NCBI GenBank assembly: GCA_051294905.1
Contig: CM119372.1
Location: 38,380,001 to 38,444,000, forward strand
Reading direction: 5' to 3'
DNA from: Botryllus schlosseri
Lineage: Eukaryota
DNA: 64,000 nt
Under the pieces are notes generated by a model that worked only from the letters and a program-made list of their open reading frames with translations, did no database searches and was not told where the DNA came from. A program made the translations under genes and the position numbers. This document shows positions 38,493 to 51,542 of the stretch, in pieces; position 1 is the stretch's first letter, and the number at the start of each line of letters is the position of its first letter.

Positions 38493-38714
38493 TGTAGCCG
38501 ATAATTACGAGATATTGATGCTACCAATTACAACATGACATATAAATGAGTGATACAAAACTCTTCGTATCTAAATAAATGTACGGTTATCAACCGGCGA
38601 GTGCGCAGTACTAAATATGCTGTTTACCGAGTCATCTTTATATTCAACTGGTAGGCCCATTTCAAGAATGCAATGGTCAAAATTGTCTTATGCAACACCT
38701 GATCAATCAATACT

Positions 38715-40320
38715 TTCCTCTGCCCTGCTGAAATTGATTCCAATTCTAAATTGCTAGGTCTCAATTCAAAACATAGATTTTTGGGGTATAAAATATCAGG
38801 CATCAGGCCACTACAACCTTTCTTGTAAACAAGATCTATCTGGTATTTGTAGTACATCACCATTAAAAAACATGGAACTCTGTTTGAAAAATCACCTTCT
38901 GCCAACACTAGAAACATTTTCTGATTGACTGTACCGGGTGCACATTGGTCATGGTAAAGTTTGAAAATACGATCCCAATCCGTAGACAAGGAATGAATAA
39001 ACTTACAATCCTGACAACCCTGAGAATGGATTCCCATTCAGAAAAGACCTGAAGGCACAAATCACCAGAGTGATGAGAATGGCTCATTAAACAACAATAT
39101 ATATAGTAACCTACATGTTTTCTTTTGCTTTCAAAATACTATTTCCTTTAATATTTTGGATATCCAGACTCAATGTGGACTTGCTGGGCGTGCTTCATAT
39201 GTCCAAAAACTTTGCCAGAATTGTATATTCCTAGATTAGAATAACTTTATACTGCGCCTGTAAAAAAATTGAAATATTTTAAAATTATGGATCGACAGTT
39301 GTACCATAATGAGCAGATATTATCAATTATAGTTAGCTATTTGCAATACTAAATAACCTGCCATATGGATATGATGTCAATGTCATGCACTATAGTATAC
39401 ACATTACACACACACTGCAAAAATGATTCACAAGAAATTGAGTATATTACAGTACAAAACTGTCATGATACCGCATTAGCGGTACACCCGAACACTTCAC
39501 TTCATTGATGAAATCACTTTCATAAGGTTAGAGTACATCCAAACGAAGTTGCATGAAAAATCAAAAAGCTGCAAAAAGTTGCTTGAAAAAATGAAGCAAA
39601 GTTGAAATACCTGATTCCTCCAAACAGCTTAAAACACCATACTACATAACTTCCGAGTATTTAGGAAGCTGCCAGAAGCTGTAAAAAAAAGTTGCAAAAA
39701 CTTGCCCTGTGATCATTTAATTCTTTCCTCTGCCCTGCTGAAATTGATTCCATTGCTAAATTGTTTGGTCACATTTTGGTCTTTTTCTGTGACATCATAT
39801 TAAATTATCAACCTCACAACAAATTGAATATATGTGGCCTTCCGTACACCTTTCTCAATGATAGCCATTCAAACCTTTCAAATATCGACAGAGATTTTTG
39901 AGGCATAGAATATCAGGCATTAGGCCGCTAGAAACTTTCCTGCATGCAAGATCTATTGCATATCTATCTGTAGTACACCACCAATTAAAAGACATCCACC
40001 TGTGATAAAAAAAAAACGCTTTGTGACAACACCATAAACAGTTTCTGACTGACTGTACCGGGTGCAAATATAGTGTGGTAAAGCTTTGAAAATACGCTGC
40101 CAATCCGCGGACAAGAAATGAACAAATTTACCATCATGACAACCCTTGGAATGGATTTCCATTCAGAAAAGGCCTAATTCACAACTAATATGTTGAGTCA
40201 TGAGAATGGTTCAGTAAACAACAATATATAGGCTATAATAGCCTACATGCTTTCATTGGCTTTTCAAATGACTATTTCCTTTGATATTTTGGATATTCAG
40301 GCAATCAGGCTCAGTGTGGC
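38715..40320 (-). repeat. Internal ~0.5-kb direct duplication inside the hAT element
   Basis: ~38715-39180 is collinear with ~39723-40320. Both translate MG/EIHS.GC.D.KF.H.LS.DW.RIFK...GLMPDIL..KNLC. Confidence 0.8.
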
Positions 40321-40494
40321 CTCGCTTCATTAGAAATTAACATACCATATGAAAGCTGGCATCAAGAGCTAGCAAGTAGAATCTCACACAAACATATACT
40401 GGAAAATTTTGATGCACTGAAATATACACTGCTGCCGCTAGGAAGTATATATTCAATAATAATTCCTTGCATGTTATAATATGACCTCATTGAC

Positions 40495-41425
40495 ATAAAA
40501 TAGAAATAAGCTCTTTTAAAAAGCACAGAAATTCAATTATCGAACACCGTTTATAGTACCATATTCTACATCGGTAGACCTGCATGTATTTTCGCGGTTA
40601 TTCGCAAAATGAGTACGAAAATTCGCATAAATGTGGGAGGGGGGGCCCTCATGAATTCAAAGTAAGCTCTTAGCGGGTACAGAAATTTAATGATAGACTG
40701 TTAAGTGTTTACGGTACCATATTCGACATCGGTAAATATATTTTCACGGTTATTCGCAAAATGATAACATTCGCGTAAATGTAGGAGGGGGGCCCTTTAG
40801 GTACTGTCAAAATGGATAGAGATCATAAAATCAAAGTGAGCTCTTGCAACTAGTGCAGAAATTTAATGATCCACTACTGCTTACGGTACTATATTTTACA
40901 TATGTAGGCAGTAGGCCTACATGTATTTTCACGGCTATTCGCAAAATGATAACTAAAATTTGCATAAATGTAGGAGGGGCCCCCCCTATAAAATCAAAGT
41001 AAGCTCTTTTAGCGGGTTGACTACTGTTTACGGTATTATATTCTACATGGGTACATGTATTTTCGCAGTTATCTGCAAAATGATAACATTCGCGTAAATG
41101 TACGAGGGGGGCCCTTTAACTAATGGCAAAATGGATAGAGATTATAAAATCGAAGTGAGCTCTTGCACCAAGTGCAGGAATTTAATGATCGACAATTGCT
41201 TACGGTACCATATTCTACATTGGTGCATGGATTTTTGTGGTTATTCGTAAAATGTTAACTAAAAAATGTGAATTGATGTTTGACCCCTCTTTACGGTACA
41301 ATACCAAGATTCTTTATGGATACAAGGATTCCGCGGTTATTCGGAAAATGGTAATACTTGAAAAAAGCGCGTAAACCGGAGAAATAGTTGAAAAAAGCGC
41401 GTAAACTGAGGAGGGGGGGCCCTCG
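40495..41425. repeat. Subterminal tandem array of ~155-175-bp units
   Basis: Five to six copies of ...TTACGGTACCATATTCTACAT...TTTTCGCGGTTATTCGCAAAATG...AAATGTAGGAGGGGGGCCC, with alternating long and short variants. Confidence 0.85.
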
Positions 41426-44400
41426 AAAGCGCGTAAATCAACCAGGGGGGCCCTAGGCGACCGCCTACCTCGCCTACCCCAAAAGCCACCACTGGTTACC
41501 GCACTTGTAACGATTCACGGCCATAACTGGAATAATTAGAATCATGTAACTTTCAAATTGTCATGCATTTTGCAACAACATTGTTCTCAATTTTCAAGGT
41601 GCTGACCATTGGAGGAAGAATCACCCTTAAGCCGGGAATTCACGATCCGTAAACGCGGCCGACTGTTTCTCTCCTCAAGAGGAAGGAAGAGAAAAAGGGA
41701 GCAGAAATAGCAAGAGTGTGACAAGTCGCGTCCATTCGCTTAAATGCGTATTTCCATCCGCGAAGCGCGAAGTAGTAGGTGGGAAAACTAATGGGCGTTT
41801 GGTTAGCGCTTTATAAGGTTGACTCCAGCGCTGTATTTGCTGAATGTTGCGGTGAAATAGGGGTGGTGTCATTTGGTATCAATATTGACTATTAAAAGAC
41901 CATTTGTTAGTGGTCATGGATTTGTTCGGCCAGTATGCAGTAATTTCTGATGGTCACTTCCCGGGCTTCTGTTCTCTAACCCCTCATGATTGTTATTCTG
42001 CTTCTAGTAAGACTGTCGATTCTAATGTTTTATCGTATCATTTGTCGGAGGTTTCGCTCGCTTTTTTACAACGTTTTGCTCTCTGCTAAGTCAATTACTG
42101 GCTCAGTATCACTACAGCCTAAGAAACTGCACTAATTCTCATTTTAATGTCTTGCTGGTTATCTTGCTGTCAATTCTAATAATTTGTTAATGTCTATACC
42201 AGTGCCGCCACTCAAATGTTTTGTTCTCTGTACACAATATTGTTAGGTCTTCAGCTTTCCAGGCAGAGTATCATTCCACTTTCTAGACTTGAGTATACAT
42301 CTCTCCAACTAGCTGCCAAATAACTGATTCATTTGGATTGTTGAATTGATCATTTATGACAGAATGTGAAGAAGTTTTAGTCAAGAATTCTTTTTGTGTT
42401 AGTGGCTGTTTTCAAAGGTTGCTGAAGTAGTCATCGTTGATCTTGATAATCAAGTAGAAGTGGCGATTGAAGTCAGTTCTCTAGTCATATAATAATAAAA
42501 ATATAATTATAAAAACTGGAAAACTTGAGTGGAAATAGTCCAGAATAAAATCCATTTTAGTAAGTATGGGTGAAAAAAATGTAGGAGTCATTCGTTACTC
42601 GCTACCTCTGCCATTTTCGCAGTACGAATGTCTTAGCAAATAATCGTCATTTTCATTTTATTTCTACAGGGTGTTGAAAAGAAAACGCCAGAGGGATTAT
42701 CATCATCAGACGATGAAACCTTCTGATTACTGACTGTTCTCATAGTTTCATTCATTGCTACTTGGCCCTACAAGTAATTTCGTTCGTTTCATTTTTTACA
42801 CCGGCATTATTTACTTGCCAATTCGTTTTGAATTAAATTACCGCAAATGTGATTAATATGTAGTAGATAATGTGGGGTGTGTGTGTGTACGCAGCCGTGA
42901 TCAGGTTATCCCCAGTGGTAGAAAACAGGTTATTATATCAGGATATTCTTTTAATGTAGGATCTACATTCTACTCACCATGTTTAAAGGCTGTAGCATCT
43001 GCATAATATTTACATTATTGAAGGACATGGAAAAGACATTGAATTGAGTCGACACAAAATCCCCCTTTCTACGACCTGCCGAGATCTAATATTTACTATA
43101 TCAGGCTCGGCTTTCTACATCTTTGGTCTGTACTGTGTTTACTGGGATAGGACGTAAATGCGTCTGCTTTATAATCGAATTACTGTTATAATAGGCCTAA
43201 TAGATCACTCCAGATACTTTGCGTCATCAAATCCAGTACCATCGACCGACGAAAAAATGCCTATGCCTGCGTATTGACCAATATTCATAATATATTTGTG
43301 GTTAATGCAAGGAGCAATGGAATGTTTCCCCACACAATGTACGGGGAACAATTTTGATGACACAGAGAAGTTCGAATCGTTCATTATAGTTTAGCATCTG
43401 AAGGCAGTGCAAATGCTATCGCTGTGTAAAGTGCATCTGATCTCTCGTGCCCCTGGGTGTCTTCTATGAAAAGCATGCATTCGACACACTGTATTGAACT
43501 ACTTGTATGTGAGTGATTGTAATCATATCTTCAATTGCTTTCGATTTTGGGAAATTGGTAATAAAGAAATAAACGAACTTTTTCAAGAAAAATATGACGG
43601 AGGGGTAGGGAGTTGGATTATCTGCGTTTGCATCACTAATGTGCATGGACGATGGAGAAGCGAAGAGACTGCAAGGCTATCGAGTCTGCACCACGCTTTT
43701 ATCTCTTCACACAATCCCAGTGCGTTCATCTGTGGAAGCTGTGGACAACAGTTTTAATGTAAAGTCGTTTGTCTGGCCGAGCAATAAGATGTATACGCAT
43801 TAACATTACTCTATCAACTTTCTAGGAAGTTCAATGAACACATGTTTCGGTGTTATAGTTTACAACGCACCGCCAAAGAGTAAGTTTTCATACTCAGAGG
43901 GAAGTAAATTCATTTCTACAGCGAACACAGAAAGTAAACATGTGTGGAACCATGGTAATTTCGAACCAATTCCCGAACTGCTTAATATAGTGGTAATGTG
44001 ACTTGACTACATGCGATATTAGTGGAAGCTGTCTACGCAAACCCAACCGCCAGCAAATTCGTAGTGTAAATGAAGAAGATCTACACAAGTATAGCCAAAG
44101 TAGAGGCAAAGGGCGGATTTTTATCCAACTAGATGTGCCAAAATCACGAACTGGCCACGAGAAAACGCTTTTTTATGGCCGGCCATGAAAAAATCTGTGG
44201 CCAGTAAGTGGCCACGGGAAAGCTGAGACCCCACTGCTATGTTTTCCCAGAAAGTTTAAATTACTACTCTAAAAGCTGTCCATGGTTTTTTCTACTGCAC
44301 CCATGTGTGTAGTGAAACCATCGTGCTTGATCAGTTCACAGATATGTGACCTATCAAAGACTCCTCTGATCCTACCTTCACTTCAGAGATACGGGGAATT

Positions 44401-44481
44401 TAATAAGTAAAACAAGAGAAAGTGTAAAAACTGAAAATGACAGAAGGGCTTCAGAACATTCAATTGGAAGAGTGACTGAAG

Positions 44482-47080
44482 CAGTGGCGGCTCGTCCTAT
44501 AGGGCAACTGGGGCATTGCCCCACCTAAAATTCTGTTCAATAACAATTTAACCATTTATAGACGCACAGCAATCAATATATACCGAGATCACAGCGAAAC
44601 CCGCGTTCTTCTTGTGATTTCGCTTGCAAATGCCCATACATAGCGAAGTCTCTGCGAAAATCGAATTCTCTTCTGTGTTTTCGCTTTGTGAATGCCTAGC
44701 CGGGGCTTGCCCCGGTAGCGATCATAACAAGCTTTCACTATCTATTCTCTCAAAGCCGCGCACAATAAAGAAACGGTGATTTACTCTCTCCTATTCGTAA
44801 AATGGCCGAGCAACCGGGGCAAATATTCCTGGTCGCCCCTAAGGTGTGATGTAACAATCGTATGTATATCTGAACTCGGTTACCGCAATATGCGTTGAGT
44901 CGACCTTTGCTGGTATAGGTCGATTTTGACGGTGTTTCGCACCATGATAATTCTTGAAACTTGGTATGATATATCGTGAAGGTAGTATTTAACACTGCTC
45001 CAAGTTTCAGGCTTGCTACTTAAAGATAAGGGTAGTAATTCCGTTTCCGAAGTTCAGTGTGTGCTGATCTATCATGTACATAGTACAGCAAACAGATTTT
45101 ACTCAAAAGCCGGTATTGGTCTCCATTGATTTTGATGATGTTCTATACCTAGATCGGCCATGACATTTGGCACCGTAAGTGTTGGTATCGATCGACCGCT
45201 GTAACAAGTTTTAAGTTTGTCACTGATCTTTGTGGGTGGTAATTTCGTTTCCAAAGTCGAGTAAGAGCTGACTCTTCATTTATCGCTAACAAATTTACGC
45301 AAAAGCCGTTATTGGTCTCTATTGATTTTAACGATGTTCCATACCTAGATCTGTCATGAGCTTTTGCACGGTATGTCTTGATTTTAGTATCGAACGTGGT
45401 GCCAAGTCTCAACGTTGACACTCAATGATTGAGGCAGTTATTTCTTTTTCGAGGTCGAGTATGGTAGAGATGCGCGCTGATCTGATACTTAGCCTACCTA
45501 CGTCATTGCGGATCTCACGCAAAAGCCGGTGTCGGTCTGTGCTAATCTATAGTCTGCGTTCCATAACGAGATCGGTGATGATATTTCCAATGGAATATCT
45601 CGATGATCGCATGAAACAGCTAACCAAGATTCTCGGTTTGCATTCAAATATTCACATAATTTTATGTTCGCCAATGTCCATTTCACTGTGAAATTGTGGC
45701 CTTCTTCAAACCATTTGCTTACAATCCCCTGTTGAATGCGATAGCTATTTCATTTTCGATGTCGGCTATTCCTCGATCTATTTTAGTCAAAGTTCGGTGT
45801 TCGTCTGTTAGTATTTATTTTGACAGTGTACCATACCGGAATGGGTTATGAGATTGCGTATGCTACTTCTCGGTGATTTCTTGTAACAGTATACTAAGTT
45901 TACGGCTTTTATTCATGTATTTATTGATTAATATATTTTCCAACGGCGATTTCGCAGCAGACTTATAGACAGTAAGCCGTATGTGTTGTGTCACAGTCTC
46001 CAGTTTCAAGGCCAAAATGTCCTATGTTGTTCCGAGACCGAAGTTCCGAGGCTGCTGTCCTTAGTTCTTCAAAGACCATTCAAATTGATGTTCTGGATTC
46101 AATATGACAGGCCCAATCTATGAGATAACAATTGCGTATGTGTCCGAACTCGTTGAGCTTTCCAGTTAGGCTTACGCAATCTCTCGAGTTCTAGTCATTG
46201 GAATTAGTCAGGTCAAGTCAAGTGCGAACATGAATCGTATTGAATCTTTGCTCCGTACGTAGTTTACGCAGTTGCCTTTAGAGCGAAAATGAGAGGTCTA
46301 GAAGTTGTCCAGTCTATTGATCCAATCGTACGCCGGGTGCCTCCGCTTTGGTTGCCTATTATCACCTGGTCGTAACCAGAGATGGCCACAGTCCGGTTCA
46401 GGAGCCGGAGCAGGATTTCAATGTTTTTTTTACCTGGCCGGACTGGATCCGGATTTTGAATTTGGGGTGACGGTCGGATTTTAGCCGGATTTTTTTGCTG
46501 TGATATGATTAATTAGCATTGTTCCGGCAGGATTTTTTCGGATTCCGAACTGGACATTCACCAGCCGGATTTCTTTGGACTCTGAATTTCCAATTGCCAG
46601 CCGGATCCGGATAGATTCGGATCCCGAAATTTTGGAATCCGCCCATCTCTGGTCGTAACCACCAGCTCAGTGGTCGTAACACACCAGGATCGTGTACGAA
46701 ACACTTTCGGACGGGCTTAGAAAAATTAGGGTCTATCGATTTGCGTAATCTCTAACTCTACCATGAAATCATAACGCATGCTACTAAGGATGACCTGATA
46801 CTTGATTCGTGGCATAGGGACGATTCTTAGTTCACGAACATTTTGTAAAATAATCCTTTGATTAAAAATAAATGAATAAAACATTTGTTACTACACTTCA
46901 AGTCACGGCTCACCGGCAAACCTCTCGCGGCACCTACGTTAAAATCACTGTTGTCGGGAAATTCATGTGACCATCATAAAGTTACTTTTTTACGTTGGAA
47001 AACGCCATTGTGACGTCATGTTGATAAAAGTCGCTCGCAGCCCTTGCCCCACCACCCGATATTGTCACGAGCCGCCACTG
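44482..47080. mobile_element. Non-autonomous hAT-like element without a matching TSD
   Basis: 14-bp TIR CAGTGGCGGCTCGT / ACGAGCCGCCACTG. The flanks GACTGAAG and CAAATGCC differ. Internal ~200-bp tandem repeats at ~45090-45640. Confidence 0.65.
46377..46651 (+). mobile_element. hAT MITE (275 bp, CCGGA motifs)
   Basis: TIR CAGAGATGG / CCATCTCTG. Perfect TSD GTCGTAAC. Confidence 0.9.
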
Positions 47081-48498
47081 CAAATGCCAATGGTTGGGGT
47101 GTGTTTTATGATAAGTTTGTAGGCCTATTTGGCTAATTCACACCCAAATTCAGTACCCAAAAGGTGTGATGACTCAAAAACACCCAGCACAGGGTTGTGA
47201 ATTGCGAAAACACGCCATTTTCGTTTACCGTGGGGTTACCACGCAGTAGAGTTACCACGCAGTCAACAAAAGTGTGTACATTCAATGCCGAACCAGGCGA
47301 AGATAATGAAGGAGAGAACTGAACGCATCCATTTTGACACTACAGTGAGGCGGCACCTTTAATGTACAAAAACTGATCGCTTTCGAAATCAAAAGATCGA
47401 TCGTTCGTCTTTTCATCGGTCGCCCGGGCAGATTGGTGTCAGTGTTATTAACCAAGCAAATTGCATATGAATATCACGTGGCTTCAACGTGACGTTTCTT
47501 CTAACTAGCTTTGCTAGGTTAGTGAGCAGTTGAGCGAGGAGGGATTGTTATGTCATAAGTTATCGGATGTTGTTTACCTCTGCACACTTAAAGTTTGAAT
47601 TACATTCCATCTGTACCGCCGAATTGTATCTCCGTGACTATAGCGATGAAATAGAATATGAATGAAGTTCTTCGTTGAGACAAGCTAAGCAAGAGATAGT
47701 TCGGGCTGTTATTAAATTTTTTACATGCTTGATTAGATGTATATCGGTAGTCAAATGGTGTTTCGAATAGCAGTTCAATCACATTAATTGCTGGTTAGCG
47801 TTAGGCTTGTAAAATAGGACTTGATATAAATGTTGACTTTGACTTTTCCGTGACCTGAAATGTCAGGTTGGCGGCAGTGAACACTGAACAGTGGGATACT
47901 TGTCTAGTAATTAGTGCTCTGAACGTAACGCGTACTACCGGTCCGTTGATATTTTAAGGCTAAACCACCAAAGAGTATACCCTCGCCGAATTTCGACGTG
48001 ATGTGGTTTAGGCTTTGACATCATTTGTTAGTGCATTCATTAATAAAGGCTATGTTTATTAACGAACACGGGATATGCTCAAACCATCTATTGTCTCTGT
48101 CTGCAATAGGGGAGATGTGGTACCGATGAAACACTGGGACCGGAAATACTTGAAAAATTCTCGGTGATAATCCCATGGTTACAGTATTCGACTTTGTCTA
48201 CAATGGCATGCTGGCAGAATTTTTCCTCACATGCCAAAAATTTCAACCTGCGGGAGTTATGGGGTCTGTGACCAATGCCTTACGTGTTAAGGGGTTCAAA
48301 GTAAATTTGGATCGAAATACACATTTTTATATATCACCTTCCAGAATAACAAACCCGCAATAATTTTTTCTGTGAATTATAGGGCTTGTATCAAGGTATA
48401 TAATGACTCATATTTTTTGAGTCAATGCCATCCTCGAGTGGAGTATTTTCAAATCAATTACAATATTTATAGGGTGGGGGACCTATGATACCTTAGCC

Positions 48499-50433
48499 CA
48501 GTGCTTTTCAACCTGTGTGACGGTTCGCACTTGTGCGAATGACAAAAATTGCAGTGCGAATGACGAAGGTGGTGCGAACAGTGCGAATGAAAATCCGGAT
48601 CAAGTGTGAATGAAAATCGTGCATTATTGTTAATTTTTCTGACGTGGAATAATTCAAATAAACCTAATGGGAAATTTATTTCAGTGCAACTTTTGCAGTG
48701 GCGAAGCAATTGTAAAACCTTGTTTACCTTACGACGCACCGCTAATCGTAGAGCTCACAAGCCGTAGTGAATTAATATTTTCGCGCTATTATTATTACGT
48801 AAGCAAAAGCCTGGTTTGGTTTGAAAGCTGGTGTAATGGAAGACATACAGTATATCAGCCCGTCTAAGCCTGCGACGCGCTAAATGAAAGAATGACGTCA
48901 AATTGACTTTCTGCTTTCTTTCGTTGAACGTAAACAATCATAGTATTTTCGTAATAACTGTTCGATTAGCGCCGCGAGGGGCGAGGATAGTAGTAAATAC
49001 CATCATTGCAGTATCACATTTGCAAGCTACGGTTACGCAAATTTTTTCCCCTTCAAGGTTATTAAAGTACGAACCGCAAAAGGTGTAATTTTGGGTCGAC
49101 ACGATGTCAGAGCTATCTGTTAATATGTGTGTACTGTGTTGTGTATGTTTGTTGAATTTATTGCAAAACGTCCTGCCATCGTTTTTGCATATCCAAGGCC
49201 ACTGTGTTTGGTAGCCAACAAGCGAGACACACAGAAAATATCGCTTTATTATGAGAATTCATGATAAAATTTGTCCGACTGGTTTTTCTGGAAAACATGG
49301 TCGAAGACCGTTGGGATGAATTAGTGTAGGGGTGTGTGTGCAACGAGCGAGTTCAGGCCTATGTGACTCATTCATTCCGAGGCCAATCCCTTCTACGTTG
49401 GGGCACATGAAAACGTAAAGTTTTGGCCAACAAACTGCTGATAAAATGCGGTTTCAAAAACATTAGCGGCGACAAAACCTTGGTCTAAAAATGATGGATG
49501 CTAGATGGCCAAATCTTTCGATAAGGATATGCTCCGTTGTCGATTCGGAATAGTACAACTGCGACACGCAGAGGAATTTAATTTACCCTAATTTGAAATC
49601 GCGTGCGTCAGACATGATTTGTATAGATCTGTGTTGGGTAGAGTTGTGGTGTGCGCGTTTTGCACGTCATACATGTCCGTAAAATCGTAGCATAACAGTG
49701 TAATATTAAAAATGAACCTCTTTTATGGGTGAGGCTCGGGTCGCGAGATGCCACAAAAATTCAGATTTTGATGGTAGTCTAATAGTTGCTTTACCGTTAT
49801 TGAATAGCAGTTATGAATTCTCAAGCTAGATTAACCTAAAGAGCAGAAAACACAGTATCGTGATTTTATTTGCTCTTCTTGTATACTCGCGAGACAATAG
49901 TTGGAGCAACGTATCATTAGATAGCGACGTGCCTACTCTCCTTGATCGTTTTGCACCTTATGTTCCAAGGCATAAGGCAAAAGCCTCAACACAAACATGC
50001 GGGTTTTTCACCCTTTCGACAAACTGGAGCCTCCAAAACCTTTGTGTCCGCTCTCAAAAACGATTTCTGCCAGCAGACATTTTTCAATCGCGAAAAATAC
50101 GCTGTATTTTGAATAGGAGTGCAGAACAGATTTTAAGACCTATGGCCCTCCCAGCACTAGTAGACGTTCTTGTACAAAACCCAACAACTTATGTGGCGGA
50201 GAAGGGTTCTATTGAAATAGTTGAATCAAAACGAGCGAAAAAAGTTGCCTTTCAAATGAGACACATGATTGATAGCTCATGCTACTTAGTAGCACATTTG
50301 TTGCACAGTTGAACAAAACGTTGTTAAGTATCTTCATCTTCTTCTTGAATAGCAATTTTCGATTAGCCTGTGCGAAGGAAATTTATTCTACAAAAAAAGT
50401 GCGAATAGGACTCAAAAAGGTTGAAAAGCACTG
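48499..50433. mobile_element. Non-autonomous hAT (Charlie-like) element
   Basis: 16-bp TIR CAGTGCTTTTCAACCT / AGGTTGAAAAGCACTG. Perfect TSD CCTTAGCC. Its right part is homologous to ~23040-23598. Confidence 0.9.
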
Positions 50434-50594
50434 CCTTAGCCAAATCAAGCAAAATAGTTGGACCAACTTATCACTTAAAACAGAAACACGCCTACATATA
50501 TGGAGACTGTAAATCAGAGTTACCTGTGGTGCTTTATCGCTATTGCGAGGTATTTGAAAGTCAAGTCGAAATGTCGATTTTCCGGTAATATGTA

Positions 50595-51542
50595 GGGGAG
50601 ATGTGGTACCGATGGATCACTGGGACCGAAAATACTTTGCAAATTCTCTATGATAATTCCATGCTTACACTCCGCGCACTTTTCTACAATTGCATGCTGG
50701 CAAAATCTTTCCTCGCATACAAAAAATTTCGACGTGCGCGAGCTATGGGGTCTCTGAGAGATGTTTTTTGTTTTGGGGGGTGTAGACTAAATTTCGATCG
50801 ACACATACAATTTTCTTTGTAACCTTCAACACGAACAAACCAGCGATCATTTTTAATGTGAAGTGTAGGGCTTGTATCAGGCTATATAATGGCACCTATT
50901 ATTTTTTCAATACCTTTCTTGAGTGGAATTTTTTTCGATTCATGTATAAAATTCGTTGGGTGGGGACCGATGATACAATAGCCAAATCAAGCAAACTAAT
51001 CAAGCATATTAATCATCCAACATCTGAAACATGCCTACGTATAGAAACTCTTTATTTAATAATTGCATATGATGTTTTATCGCTATAACGAGGTATTTGG
51101 ATGTCACACTGTCGATTTTCGGGCAATATGTATGTACCCTCAAATTTATAAGTTCGATCCTAAATCGAAACGTGATTTTATGGCAACATTTGAGTTATTA
51201 TTTATTCTATTTTTTGACGGTTGCGACCAAACATTCTTCTATGGCTTACTGCAGCTTAGATTAAAATACTGAGCCAGAAATCTGAGTTTTTGAGAGTATG
51301 TCTCATAGGTCCCTTGTTCGTGTGCCATTGGACCCACCGGGTGGGGACCGATGACACGTTCGAGCAACAAATTTTGAACGTCCATTAATATTTTTTGAAA
51401 GACGGATATTCATGTATGTGTGTGCGATAGGTAGAGCTTGTATCAAAGTGCTGAGCCAGCAAAAGATCTGCTGTTTTCGGCTGAACATTTCGCGGCCAGC
51501 GATCATTTTCCAATTTTTGATCCGTCGGTACCACATCTCCCC
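50595..51542. mobile_element. Inner copy of the same Tc1/mariner-type MITE family
   Basis: TA|GGGGAGATGTGGTACCGATGGATCA ... TGATCCGTCGGTACCACATCTCCCC|TA. Confidence 0.88.

Larger units (their letters stand above)
34967..41494 (-). mobile_element. Full-length autonomous hAT transposon (6528 bp)
   Basis: Perfect 13-bp TIR CAGTGGTGGCTTT / AAAGCCACCACTG. 8-bp TSD GCTACCGC / GTTACCGC. GGGGGGCCCTAGGCGA near both ends. Intact transposase ORF. Confidence 0.95.
30248..43146. mobile_element. EnSpm/CACTA-like (CMC) element, 12.9 kb including nested inserts
   Basis: TIR CCCAGCAAACACA / TGTGTTTACTGGG with a 2-bp TSD (AT). The flanks rejoin as GTGGTGGGCAT|AGGACG, matching the uninterrupted paralog at ~11231-11260. 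Confidence 0.78.
26833..44236. mobile_element. 'Family H' DNA element, 17.4 kb including nested inserts
   Basis: Perfect 8-bp TSD CTATGTTT (26825-26832, 44237-44244). Inverted ends ...CAGCATTCCCGTGGCCACT / AGTGGCCACGGGAAAGCTG.... It interrupts the Chapaev ORF at NFLGKH|RS. Confidence 0.72.
24714..44400 (-). pseudogene. Chapaev-3 (CMC) transposon fossil; transposase split into 25163-25348, 26725-26832 and 44237-44400
   Basis: Joined minus-strand pieces read FPRISEVK..GVFDRSHICELIKHDGF..WTAF..NFLGKHRSSDYEEHVKELIESF..KMHFLSSHYYYFPVNCGDYSEEQEERFHQDL..MFADYC.WCLKRD. Terminus TAA|CACTGTG at 24714. Confidence 0.8.

Noticed and set aside
49860..50312. 150-aa ORF as a gene
   Set aside because: It lies in a MITE interior and the frame is not kept in the paralog at ~23040-23598.
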